Shown piece after piece: positions 47,037 through 56,385 of a stretch of 64,000 nt of DNA. The notes under the pieces were generated by a model. It was not told the origin of the DNA and made no database searches. It was given only the letters and a program-made list of their open reading frames with translations. The stretch lies in assembly GCA_963847455.1 (NCBI GenBank), contig CAWKAG010000012.1, positions 6,156 through 70,155 on the forward strand, given 5' to 3'. The DNA comes from an uncultured Acidimicrobiia bacterium (lineage in GTDB: Bacteria > Actinomycetota > Acidimicrobiia > Spongiisociales > JAENVV01). The position numbers were made by a program, and so were the translations under genes. How positions within the stretch are numbered: position 1 is the first letter of the stretch; every line of letters starts with the position of its first letter.

Positions 47037-48611
47037 ATGGCGACGTACGACTTCATCATTGTTGGGGCCGGCTCGGCCGGTTCGGTTCTCGCCAATCGGC
47101 TCTCGGTCGATCCAGATATCCGGGTGCTCGTTCTCGAGGCGGGCGGCTCGAACAAACACATCAATGTCGATACGCCGGCCGCCTTCTCGAAGCTTTTCCA
47201 AACCAAGCGGGACTGGAACTACTTCACCCAACCCGAGCCGGATGCCGACGACCGGCAGCTCTATCTGCCGCGCGGCAAGATGCTCGGGGGAAGCTCTTCT
47301 ATGAACGCCATGATCTATATCCGGGGCAATCGGATCGACTACGACGGATGGGCAGCCGACGGATGTAAGGGGTGGTCGTACGAAGAGGTTCTCCCGTACT
47401 TCAAGAAGTCCGAGCACAACGAACGCGGAGCGGACACGTTTCACGGGGTGGATGGCCCGCTCAATGTGGCCGACCAGCGATCGATCAATGAACTGTCCCG
47501 GGCGTTTGTTGAAGCGGCGGTCGAGCGCGGATATCCCCGTAATCGTGACTTCAACGGAGCCGACCAGGTGGGGGTGGGTCCGTACCAGGTCACCCAGAAA
47601 AAGGGCGCCCGGTGGAGTACCGCTGACGCCTATCTCGGGCCAGCGATGGGTCGTTCGAACCTGACGATCTGCTCGGATGCGCATGCCCACCGGATCGTTA
47701 TTGAGCAGGGTCGAGCGGTGGGGGTGGAGTATCGACAGGACGGCGAGGTGAAAACCGCCCGGGCGGATGGCGAGGTCATCGTTTCTGGTGGGGCTTACAA
47801 CTCGCCGCACTTGCTCATGTTGTCGGGAATCGGGCCAGCGGAGCATCTGTCCGAGTTTGGTATCGACGTAGCCGTCGACAACCCCAACGTTGGTGACCAT
47901 CTGCAAGATCATCCGGTCATCATGAACACCTTCCACGTTCACAAGAAGGTGAGCTTGGCCCACGCCGAAAAGCCGGCCCGGCTGGCTGAGTATCTTCTCT
48001 TCAAGAAGGGCATGTTGTCGTCGAACGTCGGCGAAGCGGGTGGTTTCATTCATACCCGCGACGGGCTGGACGGCCCGGATATCCAGTTCCACTTCGCGCC
48101 GGGTTATTTCAATCGGCACGGGTTCGACGTGATCGATGGAGACGCCATGACCGTTGGGCCGACGCTTGTTGCGCCAAAGAGCCGTGGCCACATTCGGCTG
48201 CGCAGCACCAACCCGGAGGTCCACCCGGACATTCTCACGCGGGCGCTGAGCCATCCCGACGATGTCCAATCGCTGGTCGATGGCCTCAAGGTCACGAGAG
48301 ATATTGCCCACTCGAAGGTCTTCGATGAATACCAGGGTGGAGAACTGCACCCCGGCGACGACGCCAAGACCGATGATGAGTTGGTCGAATACATCCGACG
48401 AAAAGCGGAGTTGCTCTATCACCCGTCCGGAACGGCACGCATGGGGACGGACCCCGCTTCTGCAGTGGTTGATCCGAAGTTGCGGGTGTTCGGCGTTGAG
48501 GGCCTGCGAGTCGTCGACGCATCGATCATGCCGACCGTGGTGCGTGGCAACACGAATGCTCCGACCATCATGATCGCCGAGAAGGCGGCCGACCTGATTC
48601 TTAGTGACTGA
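47037..48611 (+). CDS. GMC-family FAD oxidoreductase (choline dehydrogenase-like)
   Basis: MATYDFIIVGAGSAGSVLANRLS, GGSSSMNAMIY, and the C-terminal HPSGTARMG...VVDASIMP. Confidence 0.9.
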   Translation: MATYDFIIVGAGSAGSVLANRLSVDPDIRVLVLEAGGSNKHINVDTPAAFSKLFQTKRDWNYFTQPEPDADDRQLYLPRGKMLGGSSSMNAMIYIRGNRIDYDGWAADGCKGWSYEEVLPYFKKSEHNERGADTFHGVDGPLNVADQRSINELSRAFVEAAVERGYPRNRDFNGADQVGVGPYQVTQKKGARWSTADAYLGPAMGRSNLTICSDAHAHRIVIEQGRAVGVEYRQDGEVKTARADGEVIVSGGAYNSPHLLMLSGIGPAEHLSEFGIDVAVDNPNVGDHLQDHPVIMNTFHVHKKVSLAHAEKPARLAEYLLFKKGMLSSNVGEAGGFIHTRDGLDGPDIQFHFAPGYFNRHGFDVIDGDAMTVGPTLVAPKSRGHIRLRSTNPEVHPDILTRALSHPDDVQSLVDGLKVTRDIAHSKVFDEYQGGELHPGDDAKTDDELVEYIRRKAELLYHPSGTARMGTDPASAVVDPKLRVFGVEGLRVVDASIMPTVVRGNTNAPTIMIAEKAADLILSD

Positions 48612-49317
48612 ACCTCCGCGGCGGGGGATTCTCGTCCTCGGCCGCCGACTCCGCAGCCAGGTTCGACGAGCGACCAGGATCGGTCGGCTGCTCATGAGTG
48701 GCCGATTCCGGAAGTGGGGGATTGCGACCCTGCGAGAGCCGTCCAATCCAGTCGCCGAGACCCAACGGGCCGAGTGGCTTAAGGCTGACGGATCTGTGGG
48801 CAAGCATTCAATCCGGGTGCTTACAGAAAGGGCTAGCAAAGACGTTCACGCTGATCGGTTGCTCGCTGCGTTGGTGCGCAGCCGGAGGCCGAGCCTTGTG
48901 ATCGAACTTGGTACCAACGTCGGGCTTAGCGGTACCTATCTGGCGGGTGCCTTGCCAGATGATGGGCGGTTGAAAACAATCGATCAGTCCGGGGAGCGGC
49001 AGAGGCTTGCCAGACGGCTTTTTGACGCTGCAGGCGTCGCCGATCGGATTGATGTCATCACTGGGTCATTCGTTGACTCCTTGGATGATGCGGCCCGTGA
49101 CGGTTTCGAGATCGCTTTCATCGATGGCGATCACACCTACGACGCCACCTTGTGGCTGATGGACAGCTTGCTTTCCTACGCGGCTCGGGGGTCGGTGCTG
49201 GTGCTGGACGACATCAACCATTCGCCCCAAATGCGTCGCGTCTGGCGCGATCTCCGCAGGCGGCCCGGGTTGGCGAGCCTGGCGTTGACTGACCTGGGAG
49301 TTCTGGAGGTTATCTAA
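48604..49317 (+). CDS. Class I SAM-dependent methyltransferase (O-methyltransferase family 3-like)
   Basis: GTG 48604 overlaps the GMC stop, and an alternative ATG lies at 48694. Motif I is LVIELGTNVGLSGTYLA, and FIDGDHTYD is also present. Confidence 0.7.
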   Translation: MTEPPRRGILVLGRRLRSQVRRATRIGRLLMSGRFRKWGIATLREPSNPVAETQRAEWLKADGSVGKHSIRVLTERASKDVHADRLLAALVRSRRPSLVIELGTNVGLSGTYLAGALPDDGRLKTIDQSGERQRLARRLFDAAGVADRIDVITGSFVDSLDDAARDGFEIAFIDGDHTYDATLWLMDSLLSYAARGSVLVLDDINHSPQMRRVWRDLRRRPGLASLALTDLGVLEVI

Positions 49318-49320
49318 GAC

Positions 49321-51069
49321 CTAGCCACGAACTGCTGCGGCAAGAATGGGCGCTAATGACAGTGCCGACGGTTGGGCTTCCATGGCTACCAGACCTTTGG
49401 CAATCTTGTGTGACTGTTTGTTGGATGCGAACCACAGCGGTTTGAGCGGTTGTCGGAACGGCCCGCGGATGACGGACTTCTGAGGTTCGTTGAACATAAG
49501 CGTGTTGTGGACGACGCCCCGCCCGGATCGGATGTCGTTGAGCGGATGACCGGGAAACGCTCCCCACGTAGTGCTCATGAACGCGAATCCGAGTCCCGTC
49601 CACACGTTCACCCCGACGGTCCCATAGCGGAGGTCGGCGACGGCCTGTTCAACAGCCGTGGCGACTTCTGGATCCTTCAGCGAGGCCGGGTGGACGATGA
49701 GCGACGCGCCGAGCGTTCCCCAGGCAGTTTCGTTGGCGAACCGGACGGCATCCTCGATGAAGGCGACCACTGACCGTTCGCTCTTGAGCGGCGCCTCTCC
49801 GAAGATCCCTGCAAATGCCTCGACGGCAAAACATGAGTGTTCAGGGTCTTCGCTGTCGAGATCATGGATCAGTGTCCACGGCACGGCACCGTCATGGTGT
49901 TTGCCGTGATTACGAACGGATGGATGCGACGCTTGGAAGTGTTCCCACCGTTCCCTGGCGCCCGGGTAGTACGGGTCGCGATCGGGTGTGGCATGAAGGG
50001 CATCGGAAATCGCATCCAGTAGCCGTTCACGCTGGTTCCACTGCTCATGGGTTATGACGACCCGGGTTGCGATGCAATTGAAGCCGGCGTTGTGGGTAAG
50101 CATGCCGGCGATGTTCTCCCCCTGATAGGTGAGGTCCTTCTCGGACCACGGACCTGGGACGACGATGACGGGACTCACATTGCCGAGTTCTGACGAGATC
50201 GGCTTTGTGAGAAGGGGTTCATTGGCGGCCTTACGGGCGGGCGCATCTGGTCCCGATCCGAACACGATCGCGTCATGGGTCTTGTCTGACCCGGTGATGT
50301 GGACCGAGTCCACCTTGGGATGGTTCGCCAGATGGCTGCCCACGTCGGATCCGCCGTAGACAACGCCCATGAAGTCACGACCGATAAGCCCGGCGAAAAC
50401 CTGTTCGAGGAACGGTCCGATGTACTCGTTGACCGGGTTCATCTTCAAGATGACGACGGCATCTTCGACGAACATCTTGTAGAGCGTGTCGGTGGGGGCG
50501 ATCGAAGCTATGTTGCCTGCCCCAAGGACCAGCGCCAATTCCGGAGTTCGCTTTGCGTGTGGTTGATAGAGGGTGGCCATGGTCGAGCTGAGGTTTCCAG
50601 GCGTTACCCCTGGCTGCATCCAAACTTCACCTGAGTACCCCTGCCACAGAACCTTGTCCCAGTTGTCCACCGGAAAGACCTGAACGACGGTCTGCCCGTT
50701 GGGCCGGGTCGTGACTGGTCCGGGGATCGTGGGCTGGCCCGTTTCGCGGATCGCTTGAAGGGACCGGATCAGCAGGCGGGCGTTGCGAATCGTCAGCACC
50801 GGCCCGGCATGCCACTCCTCACCGGCGACGGGGTCATCCATGGAGATCCCCTTCGCGTCGCAGGCGGCCGCTACCCATGCCTCACCGACCGTCTGAGCGT
50901 TTTCGATCACCGATTGCAGAAGCGCGATTCGCTCGTCGATGTTGACATCGATCCAAGCTTGTCGGAACTCGCTCAAGACATTGACAAGTCCGTCGAGTTC
51001 CTCGATCGGGGTCGGTTGAATGTGTGAAGCGCCCTCAGGCTTGATGATGCTGCCGGCCAGTGCGGTCAT
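49321..51069 (-). CDS. Aldehyde-dehydrogenase-superfamily protein (long, atypical subgroup)
   Basis: ORF 49321-51117, with ATG 51069 preceded by GGAGGAAG. It contains LVLGAGNIASIAP, HITGSDKTHDAIVFG, and a Cys in NAGFNCIATRVVIT. Confidence 0.8.
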   Translation of the reverse strand: MTALAGSIIKPEGASHIQPTPIEELDGLVNVLSEFRQAWIDVNIDERIALLQSVIENAQTVGEAWVAAACDAKGISMDDPVAGEEWHAGPVLTIRNARLLIRSLQAIRETGQPTIPGPVTTRPNGQTVVQVFPVDNWDKVLWQGYSGEVWMQPGVTPGNLSSTMATLYQPHAKRTPELALVLGAGNIASIAPTDTLYKMFVEDAVVILKMNPVNEYIGPFLEQVFAGLIGRDFMGVVYGGSDVGSHLANHPKVDSVHITGSDKTHDAIVFGSGPDAPARKAANEPLLTKPISSELGNVSPVIVVPGPWSEKDLTYQGENIAGMLTHNAGFNCIATRVVITHEQWNQRERLLDAISDALHATPDRDPYYPGARERWEHFQASHPSVRNHGKHHDGAVPWTLIHDLDSEDPEHSCFAVEAFAGIFGEAPLKSERSVVAFIEDAVRFANETAWGTLGASLIVHPASLKDPEVATAVEQAVADLRYGTVGVNVWTGLGFAFMSTTWGAFPGHPLNDIRSGRGVVHNTLMFNEPQKSVIRGPFRQPLKPLWFASNKQSHKIAKGLVAMEAQPSALSLAPILAAAVRG

Positions 51070-51165
51070 TGCTTCCTCCGTGTCGCCCCTACCGTATCGT
51101 ATTCGGTGGCGGTACACACCCTGTGGAGCGCTAACGTTTCGGACTCAATTAGCAAGGATTCGTAG

Positions 51166-52251
51166 ATGCAGGCCGGAATCGTGGGACTCCCCAACGTGGG
51201 CAAGTCGACCCTCTTCAACGCGCTCACTGCCGCAGGGGCAGAGGCTGCCAACTATCCGTTCGCCACCATCGAACCCAACGTCGGGATTGTCCCGGTACCC
51301 GATGAGCGCCTTGAGCGACTCCATTCAGTGATCGATACCAAGAAAGTGATCCCGGCTGCGGTTGAGATTGTCGACATAGCCGGATTGGTGAGAGGGGCCT
51401 CAGAGGGCGAGGGTCTTGGAAACCAGTTTCTCGGACACATCAGATCAGTCGATGCCGTGCTGCATGTCGTCAGGTGTTTCGACTCCGATGACATCACGCA
51501 CGTGGAAGGCAGCGTCGATCCGCGCCGTGACATCGAAACTATCGATACCGAATTGATCCTGGCCGACCTCGCCGTGGCCGACCGGAGAAGAGATCGGTTG
51601 GCAAAGGCGGTTCGCGTCGGCGACAAGGAAGCCGCCCTCGGCCTGGAAGTTACCGATCGATTGATCACGTCGCTCAACGAGGGAATCCCGGCCCGAGCCG
51701 TCACCTTCACTGCCGAGGAACGTGCCACCCTCTGGGACTCACAACTCATAAGCATGAAACCAGTCCTCTACGTCTGCAACGTCGACGAGGCAGGATTGGG
51801 AGGCAACGAACACACGGCCGTCGTAGAGGCGATCGCTGCCGAACAAGGCGCCGGTTGCATCATTTTGTGCGCCCAGGCCGAGGCTGATATTGCGGAGCTG
51901 CCTGAGGAAGAACGACCGGAATTCTTGGCCGAGCTAGGGCTTGAAGAGCCAGGCCTGGCGGTCCTCGCCAGGGCTGCGTACTCCCTGCTGGGACTCGAGA
52001 CGTATTTTACGGCTGGCGAAAAAGAGATCCGGGCGTGGACGGTCAAAGCGAGGACCAAGGCTCCGCAGGCGGCCGGCGTCATCCACTCCGATTTTGAGCG
52101 AGGATTCATTCGGGTCGAGGTCTATCGCATCGATGACATGCTGGCGCTCGGCTCTGAAGTCGCTCTGAAAGCCGCGGGCAAGATGCGGGTCGAGGGTAAG
52201 GATTACATCGTTGCAGATGGCGACGTGATGCACTTTCGCTTCAACGTCTGA
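51166..52251 (+). CDS. ychF: Redox-regulated ribosome-binding ATPase YchF
   Basis: MQAGIVGLPNVGKSTLFNALT..., a C-terminal TGS-like ...FIRVEVY..., and a length of 361 aa. Confidence 0.95.
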   Translation: MQAGIVGLPNVGKSTLFNALTAAGAEAANYPFATIEPNVGIVPVPDERLERLHSVIDTKKVIPAAVEIVDIAGLVRGASEGEGLGNQFLGHIRSVDAVLHVVRCFDSDDITHVEGSVDPRRDIETIDTELILADLAVADRRRDRLAKAVRVGDKEAALGLEVTDRLITSLNEGIPARAVTFTAEERATLWDSQLISMKPVLYVCNVDEAGLGGNEHTAVVEAIAAEQGAGCIILCAQAEADIAELPEEERPEFLAELGLEEPGLAVLARAAYSLLGLETYFTAGEKEIRAWTVKARTKAPQAAGVIHSDFERGFIRVEVYRIDDMLALGSEVALKAAGKMRVEGKDYIVADGDVMHFRFNV

Positions 52252-52265
52252 GTAGCTTGGCACCT

Positions 52266-53063
52266 ATGCGCAAGACCCTTTTCCTTTGTTTCGTCGTGCT
52301 CGGCGCTTGTACACCGGCCGTAACCAACACCACGCCGGTGGTTGACACATCGGTCCTCGTTCCACCAACGACCGCGGCTGCATCAACGACGGTTCCGGAC
52401 AACGCTTCAACGACTTCGACGGTACAACCGACTGCCGGAGATGGGCCGGAGACCGCCGGGCCGCCGACTGGCGACGTCTTCCTGAAGACCGACCTGGAGC
52501 GGTTCCGGTCGTCGACGGACATCTTGCTCAGCCGGGACGAAGCAGGCAATGACGTGATCATCTCATCGAGTGTCGAAGCGGCATACGTGCGAAGCCCGGA
52601 GAGCATCGAGGCCACCATCACGTCGGGTGAACGGGTGGCGCATGTCATAGGTATCGACAATAGGTTCTGGCTAGATGACGGGACGGGTTGGCAGGAGACT
52701 CCCGCCGCCGCCCAACTGCTGAGCCTGACGAGCGTTACGGCGCTTACCCCAGAGACGCTGGCCCCAATTCTCGACCAGCTCACCAATGTTGGTGTCGAGG
52801 ACGTCAATGGGCGACCGGCCATTCACTACCAAGGCGGTACCGCGGACATCCAAACCTGGCTGGGCGGATCCCCTGAGCTTGACCAGTTCTCGACGCTCGA
52901 CGTCGGTTCCATCGACGTTTGGATCGACGAGGCCGGATTCGTTACCAAGGCAGTCTATGTGTTTGGGGGGACCCGCTTGAACTCATCGGCGACGGAGTAC
53001 TACCGGGCAGCATTCGAACTGCTCGATTTCGATGCCGAATTCGAAATCGTCCCGCCGCTGTAG
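52266..53063 (+). CDS. Lipoprotein of unknown function
   Basis: ORF 52257-53063 has a TTG start. ATG 52266 gives MRKTLFLCFVVLGACTPA (signal plus lipobox LGAC), followed by a Thr-rich linker. Confidence 0.6.
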   Translation: MRKTLFLCFVVLGACTPAVTNTTPVVDTSVLVPPTTAAASTTVPDNASTTSTVQPTAGDGPETAGPPTGDVFLKTDLERFRSSTDILLSRDEAGNDVIISSSVEAAYVRSPESIEATITSGERVAHVIGIDNRFWLDDGTGWQETPAAAQLLSLTSVTALTPETLAPILDQLTNVGVEDVNGRPAIHYQGGTADIQTWLGGSPELDQFSTLDVGSIDVWIDEAGFVTKAVYVFGGTRLNSSATEYYRAAFELLDFDAEFEIVPPL

Positions 53064-53065
53064 GC

Positions 53066-53851
53066 CTACCGGCCCGAATAGTTCGGGGGTCTCTTCTCAA
53101 CAAATGCCGCAATGCCCTCTGCCGTGTCGTGGCTCCGCGCCATGTCGGCGATGTTGCGCGCCTCGGTTTCCATCTGAGTTTCCAGGGACTCGCCGAAGGT
53201 GCTGAGGAGCATGCGTTTGACCCGTCCGTAAGCCAGGGTCGGTCCGCTCGCTAGTTCGTGCCCCAACGCCGTTGCGTCGGCGAGGAGGTCCTCGTCAGGC
53301 ACCACCCTGGTGACGAGCTGCCAGTCAAGGGCTTCTTGGGCGCTCAGCACCCGGTTGGTCAACATCAACTCCGCAGCGCGACGTAGCCCAATCGCCCTGG
53401 GGAGGAAATACGTCGAGCTGCCATCAGGGGACAGGGCCGATCGGGTGTACGCCGCAACGAACTTGGCGGACGCCGCGCTAATCACCAGGTCGCCTGCCAT
53501 CGCGAGGCTAAACCCGCCTCCCGCCGCCGTTCCGTTCACCGCCACTACCAACGGTGGGTCCATCCGTGAGAAGCGCGAGATGGCGCCATGAAGGTGCAGC
53601 GTCATCTCCTTGAGTAGGTGCGGCATACTCTCGGCGGCCATAAACGCCTTGATGTCACCACCGGCCGAAAACATCTTGCCAGATCCGGTGATGAGGACCG
53701 CTCGGATTTCGGGGTTCTCGTCACATTCGATGGCGGCAGTCATGAGTTCCTGGCTCATCGTCAGGTTGAGCGCATTTGCGTCGTCGGGACGATTGAGGGT
53801 GATGGTGGCGAGGCCGTCTGAAACGGCGAACAGGAGGGTTGAGAAGTCCAT
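53066..53851 (-). CDS. Enoyl-CoA hydratase/isomerase (crotonase family)
   Basis: Starts at MDFSTLLFAVSDGLATITLNRPDDANAL (ATG 53849-53851). It contains ITGSGKMFSAGGDIKAF. The ORF track merges it with the upstream TetR only because of a frame error in the TetR gene. Confidence 0.9.
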   Translation of the reverse strand: MDFSTLLFAVSDGLATITLNRPDDANALNLTMSQELMTAAIECDENPEIRAVLITGSGKMFSAGGDIKAFMAAESMPHLLKEMTLHLHGAISRFSRMDPPLVVAVNGTAAGGGFSLAMAGDLVISAASAKFVAAYTRSALSPDGSSTYFLPRAIGLRRAAELMLTNRVLSAQEALDWQLVTRVVPDEDLLADATALGHELASGPTLAYGRVKRMLLSTFGESLETQMETEARNIADMARSHDTAEGIAAFVEKRPPNYSGR

Positions 53852-53874
53852 GACCAGGAACTTAGCCCGGCGCG

Positions 53875-54439
53875 TTAGGGCGTGGTGGACAACTCGTCGA
53901 CCATCAAGCTGGCGTGCGCGGAGATGTCGAACGTGGGATCGATCGACCAGCGGATGCTCAGTCCGTTGAGAGCCCCGAGCAGAATTTCCATACGATGTCC
54001 AGCAAGGTTCGAAGGCACTGCCGGGTGTTCGCGGCACATAAGCGGCCGTGAAACGCTCGACCCGTTGTTCGTGGTGGCGTTGGATTCTCCGGGCTAGGTG
54101 TTCCTGGGTTAGGGCCGCCGTGACTGCCATCTGGGCGTACACCCGACCGAGTTCCAGGTCTTTCGTGACGAAGCCCGTGTAAGCGTTGACCAGGCTCTCA
54201 ACGGTGTCGTTTCCGGCTCCATCCGGGTCAGGGTCGAATGAGCTGATGGCGTCGCGAACCACCGTGAGGACAGCCTCGTCCTTCGTGGCAAAGAGGTTGT
54301 AGAACGAACCGGCCTGGATCCCAGCCTGGGCACAGATGGCCTTGACGGTAATCGCCTCAAAACCCACTTCGCTGAGAAGACGGCGAGTGGCCTCGAGGAT
54401 CTTGCCCTGGGTTTCCAGTCCGACCTTGTAGCGCGCCAT
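53875..54439 (-). pseudogene. TetR-family transcriptional regulator; reading frame broken once
   Basis: The N-terminal HTH reads ILEATRRLLSEVGFEAITVKAICAQAGIQAGSFYNLFATKDEAV. After about 54014-54040 the sensible continuation is in the +1 frame: ...EHPAVPSNLAGHRMEILLGALNGLSIRWSIDPTFDISAHASLMVDELSTTP, ending at TAA (53875-53877). Confidence 0.8.
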
Positions 54440-54498
54440 AAGAAGTTCATCGTAGGTGGTTCAGCCTGGCTGTGCATGTGCCGATAACTGATTTAGAG

Positions 54499-54559
54499 AA
54501 TTTGATCATCATGATAAATTTGAATTGGTTCTCAAAATTGAGTGTATACTAAAAATTGA
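54499..54559. promoter_or_regulatory. AT-rich divergent promoter/operator region between tetR and the acyl-CoA dehydrogenase gene
   Basis: The motif AATT(T)GA recurs four times: 54499-54505, 54517-54523, inverted as TCAAAATT at 54532-54539, and 54554-54559. The palindrome ATCATGAT lies in between. TATACT (54545-54550) is a candidate -10 element. Confidence 0.4.
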
Positions 54560-54584
54560 CCGTATCGCCGAGTGAAGGCCAGCC

Positions 54585-56385
54585 ATGAGCCACTACAAAG
54601 CCAACTTGCGAGATCAAGAATTCAACCTCTTTGAGGCGAACCCGATCACCGAGTACCTCGAGTCTTTCGGCGGAATGGACGAGGACACCGCCCGAATGAT
54701 TCTTCGCGAAGTTGAGCGGTTCGCCGTGGGGCCGTGGGGCGACTCGTTCGTCGCGTCCGATCGTCACGAGCTGAAACTGGTCGACGGTGTAGTGGTCCTC
54801 CCTGATGAAATGAAGAAATCGATTGACGCTTATCGAGAAGCAGGCTGGGCTCGCCTATCCATGCCGGCGGAACTCGACGGAGCGGGAGCTCCACCGTCCG
54901 TTGTCATCGCCACACTCGAACTCATGACCGGATCGCAACCGACCGCCTATTTCTACGCATCGGGTGAGTTGATGGCCCGGGTGCTCTTCTGATGAGGGTA
55001 CGGAGGACCAGCGCAAGATCGCCCGGTACATGATGGATCGCAACTGGGGCGGCACGATGGTTCTGACCGAACCTGATGCAGGTTCCGACGTCGGCGCCGG
55101 CACGACCAAAGCAGTGCAACTCGACGGTGATATGTATGCCATCGAAGGCGTCAAGCGTTTCATCACCTCCGGAGAATTCGATCACGCCGAGAACATTATT
55201 CATCTCGTTCTCGCCCGCCCGGAAGGCGCCGGCCCTGGCACCAAGGGCCTGTCGCTGTTCATGGTTCCGAAATTCCTTATCAACGACGACGGTTCACTCG
55301 GCGAGCGTAACGGCGTTTACGCCACCAACATCGAAAAGAAGATGGGCATCAAGGGCTCGGCAACCTGCGAGTTGAGCTTTGGTATCGAGACCCCCGCCTA
55401 CGGGTGGCTGGTCGGTTCGAAACATGACGGAATCCGCCAGATGTTCCAGGTCATAGAACATGCCCGGATGCTCATCGGCACGAAGTCGACTGCCACGCTG
55501 TCGACCGGGTATCTCAATTCGCTGGCCTACGCCAAAGAACGCGTTCAGGGGCCGGACCTGACCATGGCGACCGACAAGACCGCTCCCCGGGTCGAGATCA
55601 TCCGGCATCCGAACGTGCGCAGGATGCTGATGCTGCAGAAGGCCTATTCCGAAGGCTTGCGAGCTCTGGTCATGTATACGGCCTGGGTCCAGGATCAAAT
55701 TGTCCTGCATCCCGATGACGAATATCTTGAGGCGCTCAACGATCTCCTGCTTCCAATGGTCAAGGGCTACTCGTCCGAAAAGGCCTACGAACTTCTGTCC
55801 ACGTCTCTGCAGGTGTTTGGCGGATCTGGTTTCACCATGGACTATCCGATCGAGCAGTACATCCGTGACGCCAAGATTGACACGGTGTACGAAGGAACGA
55901 CAGGGATCCAGGCCATGGATCTGTTCTTCCGCAAGATCGCTCGGGATCAGGGGGCGACTCTGACCCGGATGGCCAGTCAGATCGTGGAGTTCGTCAAAGG
56001 CGGCGGGGACGACGATGTTCTTTCGTCTGAACGCGAGTTGCTCGGTAAAGCGCTCGATGACGTGCAAGGTCAGCTCGGAGTTCTCGTTGGCTACCTGATG
56101 GCGTCCGTGCAAGACCGTCCGGAGATCTACAAGGCCGGGCTGCATCTGGACGGATTACTCAAGTCGCTTTCGGAAGTCGTCATCGGTTGGCTGCTCCTCC
56201 GGCACGCCGAGATTGCCGCAGCCAAGCTGCCGACCGCCAGCGGGGATGACCTTTTCTTCTACGAAGGGAAGATCGCCAGTGCCCGGTTCTTCGTCAGGGA
56301 CGCGTTGCCGAACGTGGCGGTTCGTCGAGCAGCTGCCGAGGGCGAAAATGGGGCGCTCATGTCCTTGCCCGACGAGGCTTTCTAG
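54585..56385 (+). pseudogene. Large (about 600 aa) acyl-CoA dehydrogenase (FadE-type with C-terminal extension); reading frame broken once
   Basis: ORFs 54585-54992 and 55030-56385 are two halves of one protein. They read ...ASGELMARVL then, in the +1 frame, SDEGTEDQRKIARYMMDRNWGGTMVLTEPDAGSDVGAG... The frame break is at about 54975-54992. Confidence 0.85.

Noticed and set aside
46755-48839. A 694-aa ORF on the minus strand, the longest ORF in that region.
   Set aside because: It lies antisense to the GMC oxidoreductase (47037-48611) and the methyltransferase, both of which have unmistakable family motifs. Its translation is Arg/Pro/Gly-rich with no recognisable domain. This is the typical long antisense ORF of GC-rich DNA. 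Its 5' part also just translates the 47-nt repeats.
53066-54439. A natural TetR-enoyl-CoA-hydratase fusion protein (457-aa ORF).
   Set aside because: The linker is low-complexity nonsense. An alternative frame gives a normal TetR C-terminus ending in TAA 23 nt before the hydratase's own ATG. The fusion is an artefact of a one-base frame error.
55294-56145. Long antisense ORFs inside well-supported genes. Examples: 55294-56145 (minus strand), 1280-2242 (minus), 16996-17997 (plus), 19893-20663 (plus), 39615-40280 (plus), 61672-62352 (minus).
   Set aside because: Each lies opposite a gene with clear family motifs and has a low-complexity Arg/Gly/Pro/His-rich translation. These are GC-rich antisense artefacts.
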